In this document: one piece after another, positions 48,884 through 64,000 of the stretch
Numbering within the stretch: position 1 is the stretch's first letter
How the letters are laid out: every line of letters begins with the position of its first letter
Source of the DNA: Hormiphora californensis
Taxonomy: Eukaryota > Animalia > Ctenophora
Length of the DNA: 64,000 nt
Reading direction: 5' to 3'
Assembly (NCBI GenBank): GCA_020137815.1
Contig: CM035355.1
Location: forward strand, 7,874,001-7,938,000
Notes under the pieces: generated by a model
The model's database searches: none
Seen by the model: the letters and a program-made list of their open reading frames with translations, nothing else
What the model was told of the DNA's origin: nothing
Translations under genes and position numbers: made by a program

Positions 48884-50300
48884 TCAGCTTTGAAACAGGT
48901 TTTTCCTGCTCCCTGATTTTGGTGTTTTCTTGGCGGGTATTACAGTTACTGGCTGAATGATAACCATCCGTGTGAAGGACACTGAGACGTTCAGAGATCC
49001 ACAGTCGGTCCTATCGGGCAGGGACAGGAGGAGAGAGGAGTTCTGAAATGATAAATTACATTACGTGGTGTAAATATAATTCTGTAATTAATATTATGTA
49101 ATCAATTCTGTAATTAATATGTAATTAATTCTGTAATGAATTCTGTAATTAATATCATGTAATTGTATTCTGTACATATAATGCTTATTTTAGTTTTTAC
49201 AAAGTGATGTAGTAATTTGCCAGAACCACAATTACGAGGACACAATTACCTAACAGCTTGATATATTTGAGTGACAGGCTGCTAAAAAATAGAATTGTGT
49301 AATGTAGTTAAACCTCGATTTACCAGACCCTCTATTTACCGGTAAAGTCCGGTAAATTGAGGCTTAATACTTCAACTAAATTCAGCTACTTACCACGATA
49401 TCGGAAATTTTAGAAAGGTTAATGATGGCGCACCCAATTGTATCATCACTGCCAATAATATCTTTATCATAAACTTCAAAACATATCTTTGATTCGGAAA
49501 TATCCGAAATTATGCACTGATGGATAAACAGAAGTTGTAATTATAGGGTTTAGGAAGTTTTGGCAAATGTCACTGCGATATGAAACTTGTTTGGGACTGC
49601 GGGGAACTAAGCTTTGCAAATAAAGGCAAAAATTAAACTTTGAAAGAAATCATGATTCCTTGGGAATCAAATAAAATTTCTACTCTTGCCCATCGAGGAA
49701 TCATTGGTCAAATTCCATTTCCATTTCATACTAAAATACTCACGTGTGCTGATTCCTCAAATCGGGGTGTGTCTGTTCCGTGTTTTACTGTACTGGTAAA
49801 AACCTTTACCCCATTCACTCTGACAACCACATACGGATCTCCCTTTCCAAACAGATCCGCCTTACGGAGTTTCCGGCCCGAGTGAACTGGAGAGAAAGAT
49901 GTTTGTAAAGGAGTATGGAAGAAAGACGTTTGTAAAGGAGTATGGAAGAAAGAAGTTTGTAAAGGAGTATGGAAGAAAGACGTTTGTAAAGGAGTATGGG
50001 AAGAAAGACGTTTGTAAAGGAGTATGGAAGAAAGATGTTTGTAAAGGAGTATGGAAGAAAGATGTTTGTAAAGGAGTATGGAAGAAAGACGTTTGTAAAG
50101 GAGTATGGGAAGAAAGACGTTTGTAAAGGAGTATGGAAGAAAGATGTTTGTAAAGGAGTATGGAAGAAAGACGTTTGTAAAGGAGTATGTCAGGGAATTA
50201 CGGGGTCCCCCCGTTTCATTTGCTCACTTTTACTGCTCAGTTTTCCCAAACGCGCAATATAGTCTGACCGAAGAGCCCGGCGCCTTCCACAAATGTCGCG
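48884..50300 (-). CDS. C2-domain protein, at least 4 exons, 5' end uncertain
   Basis: RLGKLSSK|IHSGRKLRKADLFGKGDPYVVVRVNG...TPRFEE|...ICFEVYDKDIIGSDDTIGCAII...|...GSLNVSVSF...*; all five canonical Ca2+-binding Asp positions are present. Confidence 0.7.
49893..50189. repeat. 27-bp minisatellite GAAGAAAGACGTTTGTAAAGGAGTATG
   Basis: About 11 copies filling an intron of the C2 gene. Confidence 0.9.
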
Positions 50301-51084
50301 CGTCTACCCTTTCGCTTTGTGACATTTGGGACATTTTCTCAGATCGAACACATGTCTGAATATGTATTTCTCACAGGTCAAAGAAGAGTTTGATAATCAA
50401 TCTGGTCGAGGAATGAACGGAAGAATGGATGGAGATTCGAGCCAAAAGTATGGTCTAACCAGGAACAAGAGAGGGAGTGGACTGAGAGAGTTGACTGAGA
50501 GAAAGAGATTGAGACTACTGCTCATTGTATTAATATTACTGATTGCCTTTGTAAAACCAGTTGTTTTGAAAAGACTTTAACCCAAAAAGGAAAATATGGA
50601 GAAGGAGCACATACCTCGTTAGTTGTAACTATTCCACAACAAGATGGGTTTCCGTGACTTGATACTGGATGAATCAATATGTAATGGCCAGTCCAAAAGG
50701 GGTGTAGGATGTTGCTTCTCAAGCGATTGTTCGTTGTTGAATGCCAAGCCTGCAGAGATGGGTATAGCATTTAGAGACATCTTACTATATAATGCGAAAA
50801 GGGGTGAAACTTGATCCCTCCCATGCATGTTTGTTGTTCCCTAAATCGTCGTCATCAAGATCAGATCACGTAACAAGTAGCATGCTGGGTGACGGATCAC
50901 ATCACTATTCACCCCAAACGCTTGATCAGATCACCCCACTGAGGACAAGATCCTCCCACCCATGATCAGACCATCCAATTGAAGATCAGATCACCCCAGT
51001 TAGTATCAGATCCCAAATTTCACCCAGTAGTCCATTGTGCGTGATGAGATCCCCCATTTAGAGTAGAAAATAGCCAAAGACGTG

Positions 51085-51409
51085 AAATGATGAGAGAGGG
51101 GAAGAGAGAGGGACAGAGAGATATAGATAGAGACAAAAAGAGAGACAAAGAGAGAAATATAGAAAGAGACATAGAGAGAGAGATAGTGACAGAGATAGAG
51201 ATAGAGATAGAGATAGATATAGATATAGAGATAGAGATAGATATAGAGATAGATATAGAGATAGAGATAGAGAAACAGAAACAGAAACAGAGACATGAAA
51301 AGGAAGACAGATAAAGAGACAGAGAAAGAGATGCATAGAGAGTGACAGACAGAGTGACCGAGCAACAGGTCCGGTCCTTTTCGGCCGAAGGCCGAATAAC
51401 ATTGACTAG
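51085..51409 (+). mobile_element. Helitron-like non-autonomous element 3' end with an internal AG/ATAG microsatellite
   Basis: TTCGGCC-GAA-GGCCGAA hairpin, 9 nt, then CTAG|T; 5' boundary approximate. Confidence 0.45.
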
Positions 51410-52954
51410 TAACATGTAAAGGGACATTAAATACACAGATTTACACTACACCAATTTGGTTGCCCACCTCGGTACGGATAGGAGAGGTGTTTACAATATA
51501 GTTGTATTGATGACTACACAAGTTTATCGACTATCGAAGTACCTCGTTTCTGTGTATGAACTGAAAGATCGGCTGGAGGTGTTAGTAGCGTCAGTGAAGA
51601 GGTGGACAGATAGCTGGGCTGGGGCAACAACTGATTTGGGGCCTATCAGAATTGAGAATAACATGGGAATTGGGATATATTATTATTGGAGGAAACTAAT
51701 GAATCATGTTTCTGAAACAGTGCATCCTATTCAATTCTGTTTATAAAGATCTCTTAGATGTTACAAAATAAAAATCTGGTATAACCATTGTTGAACTAAA
51801 CGAAATTAAACCCAATAATGTATACATATCTCACAACAACCCACGTGCCACCTCCAAATAACAAGCACGACCACAGACAAAGAGACAGTGGACAGTGTAG
51901 TAGCATATTGAGATGTTATGGGGGTCTAGTGGGATGGGAGAGGTAGGGGCTATATACCGAGGGGGAATAAGATTTAGTGTCCCGCAGAGGGGGTTGTTAT
52001 AGTGTATTGGGGAAAGATTGTCCGTGTTTCTATCAAGGAATAAATCCGGTAAAGACTTGTGATGAATACAACAAGTGAGGATGTCCATTCAGTCAGCGGT
52101 TAGAAAAACTTCTGACATCAGTCGCCTGATTAGAAGGAGCGTATTAGCGATTTGGTTGGGAGAAGCTGCTAAAAGAACAGGAACAGGATTTGATTTTTTT
52201 CGTGCTTAAAAAGGGGGTTGAATTTCAATCATTGGAGAGGAAATGTGCAAATCAGATCACTTGAGCGCTATATATATATATGTATATATCTATATATAGT
52301 TCTACAAAGATTTAAATTAGTGCTAAAAGGGATTTGGAATCAAGGTTTGCTCAACCTAGTGGCCCGGCTAGGGCAATGATGAGAGAGATGTGAGGCAGAT
52401 TGAGGTAGGGAGAAGAGGTTCATGGGATTGAAATGTGAAGAAAGGAGTTGATTGTTGAAGCTGTGTGATGAAATTGAAGTAATTCGGTAAAAACTTTTCA
52501 GGCTAATACTCTGACCACAGTTCTCTTGAGAGAAATGAGAAAAGGGTCTGACATGTAGGAACGGGGACCGGTGTTTGACAAAGAATTGGCCTGACAGAGT
52601 CGTTTGTGGGGAGATGGTCAAATTAGTTGTTAGAGGCAATCATAAGAGGGGATCAGGAGAACCGAGAAGGGATCAGGAGAAGGGATCAGGAGAAGGGATC
52701 AGGGGCGGGTATTTTTACTAGTTACCTATAATTTTCCGTCAACCCATCCACCACTTCTTCCTCCCGTGTCCTCTTCTCTGCCTCTCCTGGAAAGAATTTT
52801 ATTAGATGTTTTGTTGCACCCACTGGCAGTGGGGCCACTACCCAATTTAAGAAACTAATTGGACCTTAGTACATAATTATATCTCTCCTTCATCTCAGTC
52901 TGTCTGATGTCAGGAGAAGGGATCAGGAGAAGAGATCAGGAGCGGGTTTTTTTA

Positions 52955-55900
52955 CTAGTTACCTATAATTTTCCTCTTGAATTCTTCAAGTAATTTCCCT
53001 GACTCTATCATCAGCTGTCCTCGTACCCGAAAGAGCCCGTCCTCATCACTAACTCCAGCACACCGGAAGCTGTTTTTGAGGATGCCCGTCAACCCATCCA
53101 CCACTTCTTCCTCCCGTGTCCTCTTCTCTGCCTCTTCTGGAAAGATGGGGATATTGGGGGCTAGATTTGGTGAAATAACTGGGATATTGGGTATGAAATG
53201 ACGGTATCTCTACCCATGCTCTTCTTGTTAGGTAGTGTACTAATTATCTTTCCCTCTATCTCTTTCTCTTAGTTGTTCGTGAATCGTGACATTAACTAAA
53301 AATTACCTCTTAATTGCTTAGTAATTGAGAGATGCTTCAGCACCGAATTCTCCACTCCTGGGTGTCGCTGTTTCTCACTCAGGGACATACTTTCCTCTGA
53401 AGTGTGACAGGATCGCTGTCTTTTAGGTTCAGGTAACTGAAAATGCAAAATATACCTTACATATTGATCTAACAAAAACCTAGCCGATTGGCAGATAAAT
53501 CATCATTCTGAACTATCATACCTTCCTGCTCCTCGGCTGCTTTTTCATCTGTTGCTTCACCTCAGACCTCAGAGACAGACATGGTATCATAGACCTCTCC
53601 ATCTCTGTCAGGCCTAACTCAGCCCCTGATCCACTCTTTGACTTCTTTCCCTAAAAAAATTGATACGGTTAAGATAAAATTATTATGACTTTGGCCAGTT
53701 TTCAACCCAGGACCTATACCCTATCCCTTGCCGGAGCACGAGATTCGGACTTCGAATTACTTCAACCGGCAACCCTATCTATCCTCTTTCCAGAGATGTC
53801 CGAAAGTGGCATTATTGTTGGGCCCGAAACAATTGGTTAAAAGTGGATCATTTTTTTGACTAGTTTTTAACCAAATTTCCACCAAGATTTCCACACAAAC
53901 ATTTCCACCATTTGGTGTGGGAGAGAGGGAAACAAAAGATTTGCAGCGAATTCGTTTGATGAGATGGTGAAGACATGGTTGAAAATTGGTGAAGTGTGCA
54001 GCACAATATAATAGACATATTACTAACCGCCAGGGTCAGGGCAATGTGATGCCCGATTTCCATAATGAAGTCGGTCAAACTTCTCGACTTAGGAGGTGGG
54101 ATGGGGCCCCAGAAATCAGCCTGCAGATTCTCCATGTCCCCCTTTACCTCATCCCAGACCATTTTCTGCGTGGTGGGGTTGGGCTTCATTGTCCAGTCCC
54201 TGGCAGTGACATATATTATAAAATATCCGTGTCTTTTAAATGCTATGTCCTACATAATTTTGAGTGATCCAGTTTTAAGCTAAAAATATTACAAAAGAAT
54301 AAGTATTGGCGAAAATCTCAATCATAATTGAGAAAGTTGTAAAATAGCTTCACAGCCTTTAATATACATACTTGATACAATATCCGATCATAAACAACAC
54401 CTTTTCCCCCTGCTCGCTGCTCACAAACACCTCTAGGGGGCGGACCAACTGGGCCCATTCCCTTGGGATAGCCATGGAGAGTTTCCCCTCGTGCGTCCCT
54501 GATAGATCCTGATAGAGATTTAATAATTGATTTTAGAAATTTAAATTCTGAGATATCTGAACGGACTAGACCACAAACAGAAAATGTATTTGGAACACCC
54601 CGGGTTTCTCTATCTATCCCTCTTTTTCTCTCCCCCAATTCTTGCCCCGACAAAGGGTGCGTTTCCCGCAGTCTCAGTTATCGATAACAGACAACGCGAT
54701 AACAGACAACTTCCTTTGTTTTTTTGGTCTAGTTTCTCAGATAATATTCTCTGGTATAAGTATGACCTTAGAACATCGCCAAGTACAATGATAGTTGTGT
54801 GGTTATATATCAAAGAAATATTGAGAAAATTAAAACCTTAGCTGAAGTGGTGTCCAACTTGTGCCCGCTAGCCTCATCCGCTGGTGGTTTGTTCTGCTGG
54901 TAGGGAAATGTTTAATGTTGGGTGGTGGCTATGAAATGAGAGGGTAAAATTACTCGATAGAATACAGTAGTTTGTCGTGATAGAATGTATATAATACTGT
55001 AAAATAACTTTTTGCAAATCAAAATATTGCAAAATTAGATTATAATATGTAGACATGTATTATAGGAGTCACTCCAACCCCCCTAGTGGTCGACCAATGA
55101 CCATTGATCATCCACTAGAGTTCGATATGTCTAGGCAAATATCTCACAGTACATCGAGCTTTAGCTTCTATATCGGAACACTCAGAACAATTACACATGA
55201 TATGATAGGAAGATATATGAGATAATCAAGAATAGGTGGTATGATAATTTGGTTAATTAATTTAGAAAGTGGGATAGTGAACAACACACAACATGACAAA
55301 CGCACACATTACTGATTCAACTAATCGTATAACGGTACAATCAGTGCCATCATTACCTTCGTACAATGATCCGAAGAGGAGGAATTCAATCCATATTAAA
55401 TGTAATGGATTGTCGATCTAATAATTCCGATTGTAACGATATAAAGCTGCTCATAAGCTGCACTGGCGAGTTACTTTAACCCCCCTAGTTTCTGTCCTTG
55501 TTTAACATGGGAGTGACCAAGGCTTTCACTAGGATTCGACATATCTAGGCACATATCCCACAATAAATTAGCTAATTAGTTACTTAAAATAGAATAAACG
55601 GGAGAAATGCATGGTGGCCAAACCTGGTAGAGAGTGAAAGAGAAAAAAGGACAGATAGATAGATTAGATACTGTAGAGGTCCGTTTCCAAGGAAGAGTGC
55701 TATATCTCGACAGGTGTCGGAGAGCTGATAGATACATAGTTAAATAGAAGGATAGAGGGATAGGGAGACAGAATGAGGAACAGGTAGAGACAGAGACATA
55801 TTATTCGATGAGCGATCACCAATAAACCAAATTCAAACCTGTGGAATCTCTAACTCGACCAGATGATCGGTGGAACAATCCTCCCCATCCACCTCCAGAA

Positions 55901-56475
55901 GTGCATCGGAACTAAGTGCGTCCGACAGAGTTCCCGAGAATAATTTCCCAATCGTCTGAGTGAAATTATTATAAGTTATTAAATCAGAATTCAGGATAGA
56001 ACAAAATTCAGGATATTGACAATAAAGTGGACTCTAATACCACATAAACCCTCTAGAAGGCATTGTGATAGCGGCGATACTTGATCCAAAGTGTTATATA
56101 GATTTTTAGAACGAACCTGCACTTCTGCGGGACTGGGCTGGTCTGTCTGGGGTTGGTTGGGCTGGCCTGGCTCGGCTGGGCTGAGCTGGTCCGGCATCAG
56201 TTGGTGCTGCAGAAAAGCCGGGATTAACGTATATGGTTGTACTTTGTAGATGCGATAAATATATTTTTGTGTGCAAGATGCTTTGCTCATTTGTCAATAT
56301 TACCTAGCTAGCATATATCTTGGTATTGAGTATCAATTTCAAGTTGAATCATTTATATAGCATTCAAATTGGTTAGTACCTTTTTCAGTAACTCCTCCAA
56401 TTGTGGTTTCCTCATCGCAGTTTTCCATGCAATGCCTCTCTTAGTTAGCTCGGCCTTAATGTCACTAATTTTCAT
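52955..56475 (-). CDS. Putative Harbinger ORF1-type DNA-binding partner: N-terminal SAP/HeH-like motif, Myb/MADF-like segment and BESS-like tail; middle exons not fully resolved
   Basis: Exon 1 MKISDIKAELTKRGIAWKTAMRKPQLEELLKK; later QKMVWDEVKGDM...PPKSRSLTDFI...|GKKSKSGSGAELGLTEMERSM; tail EEVVDGLTGILKNSF...FRVRGQLM. Divergent from the Harbinger nuclease gene. Confidence 0.55.
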
Positions 56476-57176
56476 AGCTTAATGTTTTGCAAGTATAGTT
56501 TGGGTTGAATGTTAGCCAAACAGCAATCCGACACCGGGGTCTCAAATAACAAAAGCACACCACGATCGGGCACAGAGTGAGCCTGCAAAGTGAGACAACA
56601 CCGAAGTGTCTAGAGTACCCTCGTATCCATCACGGAACCTTGGCAAACGCTGCTAGCCCGAGCGCGATGGGATAAGGCAGCGCTTTTCAACACGGAACCC
56701 GGTGTCGGATTTCAATCTCAATTCATTCACGCCATGTCCCGGCTCACGATTATTTTCCGCGATAAAATTTTCAAATTTCAAAACACCGCGCGCAATACGT
56801 TTTTATCACGCGCAATTCATAAAACCGTGCCGCGCGCGGCCGCGCTTTGCTAAAATCGGTGCTCCTGGATTTTTGGATTTCTCATGGTACACCACGCACA
56901 GTCGTGTTCCTTTTTCCCTTGAAAAAGCGCTGCCTTGTCTCATCCTGGTGTCGAATTGCTGTCTCATATTTATTGCTGTCTCATCGGGCTAGCAGCGTTC
57001 GCCAAGTTCTGAGCCCCTTTCTCGTGCGTGTTTTGCGTGACACAACACATGTTTACATGTGGTGCCCAGCTCAAAATTTATACATTTCACATGCGTGTGC
57101 CTTTGGGGTGACAACTTAAAAAATCCAGCTTTACGTGGTTTCAATTTTTCATATTTTTCCAGTAGGTTTCACAATT
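56476..57176. promoter_or_regulatory. Candidate bidirectional promoter / 5' leader region between the two Harbinger-type genes
   Basis: 700 bp between divergent ATGs, locally CpG-rich (CCGCGCGCGGCCGCGC), with AG acceptors just upstream of both ATGs. Confidence 0.4.
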
Positions 57177-61705
<4,529 letters not shown>

Positions 61706-62027
61706 GTAATAAATTCTGCGGGGAATTATACCCAGGGAATAATTGAATTGTTCAAGTATGCCTGTTTTTTGTATTTACTCGAAAATTAGTTATTATATAA
61801 TGGTGCCCAAATATTGAAACGAGTTATAATTGTTATTATCAATACATGTATGTAATTACTACAGTTTACTTTCCCAATTATATAGTCGTCTTTCCCAATC
61901 GATCTAATCTCATATTGCTTGTGCTCAAATAAAATGGATATAATACAGTGTCATATAGGTACTTTGTTGAAATTTTAGGAAAATATCAATTTATTTTGCC
62001 TTGCTCGGTTCTCAAAACAAAATTGAT

Positions 62028-62135
<108 letters not shown>

Positions 62136-64000
62136 ACCTACCTACCTAAAGGCCTTGCCAGCGCAGTATATATATATATATATATACATACATATTATGA
62201 GCACTCCCATTTAAACCGTTATTACTATTTTTATCTAGCTACAATGAGAGTTACTCCTATGACGGGAAGGGTATTGGCGGATGCCGCAGTGTCGCACCCC
62301 AAATTCAATCCCCTCTTCTGTAAAGCTGGTAAGTTTTTATGATGTATCATCACAGCACAAGTTATTTCTCTTGTGAAATGTTATCTCACACTCTTTTTCC
62401 CTCTTGTAAAACCGTGATGGAAAGTTGACTTTTCACTGCATGTTCTTGACAATTTCTGTAATTTTGATAATGTAATGATTCCCCAGTTTGACTAAACTAT
62501 TTTCATATTTGCAGATCAAGATTACAGCAATAATCAAATTGCTCTCACACTTAATGAAACGAAAAAAACCCGGGGAATTGGAATTTTGGGCCCCCGCACT
62601 ACTCTCCCGGACTACCCTTTTTTATATGCCCCTGCCCATAAACCAGCCGACGTCGGGAAGGGAGAAAACGCGCTTGAATTTGTGTTAGTTAACTACTGGG
62701 TTTACCCGGTTTCCAACCCACTTTCATGCTTTTAATCAAAGCTGCTACTTTACAATTACTACTGCATGTAAAAAACCACACGGATCCATAGAAAGATCAT
62801 CGTGCAGCAAAAAAGGGTTTTGGGTTAAAAATTACGGGAATCCGTTTTTTGACTTATTTTAAATTTTTAAAAACATTTTCATTCATTTTGTTTCAGTCGG
62901 TTAAAAAGGTTTTTCGGAACCGTAAAAAATTTTTGATCGGCTGAAGAAATCTTTTTGGGCATGTAAGTCCCAAAAAGCAAACAAAATTAGTCGGCGACCA
63001 CTTTTGTATTCAAACTGCACTGAGAGCTCCCTCCACTCTCTATCTCTCTCCTCATACTCCCTGACTCCTGAGTTACCCCATCTATGGTATCCGTAACACG
63101 GGCTAGAAAATGGCCAATGGTATCAGACTAAACCCATCTTTTTGAAAAACAAACTTTTCCGTAAACAAATTTCTTTTCCCATAGGGAAGAAATTGGGGGT
63201 CAATTCAAAAAAAAACTAAAGAAAAGGGATTAAAAAAAACTCTCGATTTCTTCCGAAAATATGATGGGTCTGAAGACGGGGTTCTCGGGAAAAAATCCCA
63301 ATGTCGATGATGTGACGCGGAAAAACACAGCCAAACCGGAATATATACTAGCAAACCTTTCCCCCTGGGGAAATTTTTGGGAAAAATGTAAGCTGGTTGG
63401 GAACACTCATCACCACCGTTCCTTATGCCACATGGGCGAAATCCCATCCCCTTTCCATTTATTTATGACGGCCTTTGAACGTGGTACTAATCTTATCAAT
63501 CTCCCCAATCTCCTTTCTTGTTAAACCCTTGATTCTTCCCCTTCTCCTTCCTCTACCCTCCAACCCTCATGGTTTTTCTTCCCCTATCTCCCCCTTTTTA
63601 CCATTATCTTCCTTCCCCAGCTCTCTCTCACCCCCCCCCCCCCTTTTTTTTTAAAAGACCAAACATGCCCTTTTCCCCGTGCTCTATCCTCCTTTTTCTC
63701 TCCCCCGGGTTTCCCTCCCCCCAAAACCCACACCTCCCCAACCCCGGTCCCCTGAATCTTACATACATTACTCCCTACGGCGCAGCTCCGGTGGTGAGAT
63801 TATACTCCCTTCCCCCTAATGACCCCCATAAGTACCCCACAGTACCCCCCTTGGGAGTTCCAACCCCTCCCCCGTCTCTATTGCCCTCTTCTAGAAATTT
63901 TCGCCCCTCCCCCGTCCCAAGTTCACTTGTACTTTATAATACAGATATCTCCTTTAGATGTGGGTAAAAGTTTATGGTCAAGATAAAGATTCACTCCGAC

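Noticed and set aside
50370-52100. Minus-strand exon-like fragments, one faintly discoidin-like (50617-50750)
   Set aside because: The similarity is too weak and I could not build a coherent gene model.
62450-64000. Pro-rich ORFs at the window end
   Set aside because: Inflated homopolymer runs suggest poor consensus quality, and no motifs are recognisable.

Overview
Eukaryotic, intron-rich animal DNA, most likely a ctenophore such as Pleurobrachia (inferred from an intronless Epsilon-type iGluR). Genes were assembled by hand from GT-AG junctions. In order: 3' end of SLC25A26; a small orphan ORF; D2HGDH (3049-20863), with two homologous 108-nt active-site exons that look mutually exclusive and a 10.6-kb intron holding an antisense cathepsin-L-like protease with a C-terminal ShKT domain; an intronless class A GPCR; two tandem OST-alpha/TMEM184-family genes; a PRD-class homeobox gene whose homeobox-splitting intron holds a same-strand intronless iPLA2-beta; an Epsilon iGluR with an unusually basic pore loop; a C2-domain gene; and a head-to-head pair of intron-rich PIF/Harbinger-type genes (DDE nuclease plus SAP/Myb-like partner). 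Introns carry nested MITEs, foldbacks, minisatellites built on transcription-factor motifs, and short copies of nearby splice junctions. About 34.6-36.4 kb and 62.5-64 kb look like low-quality sequence.
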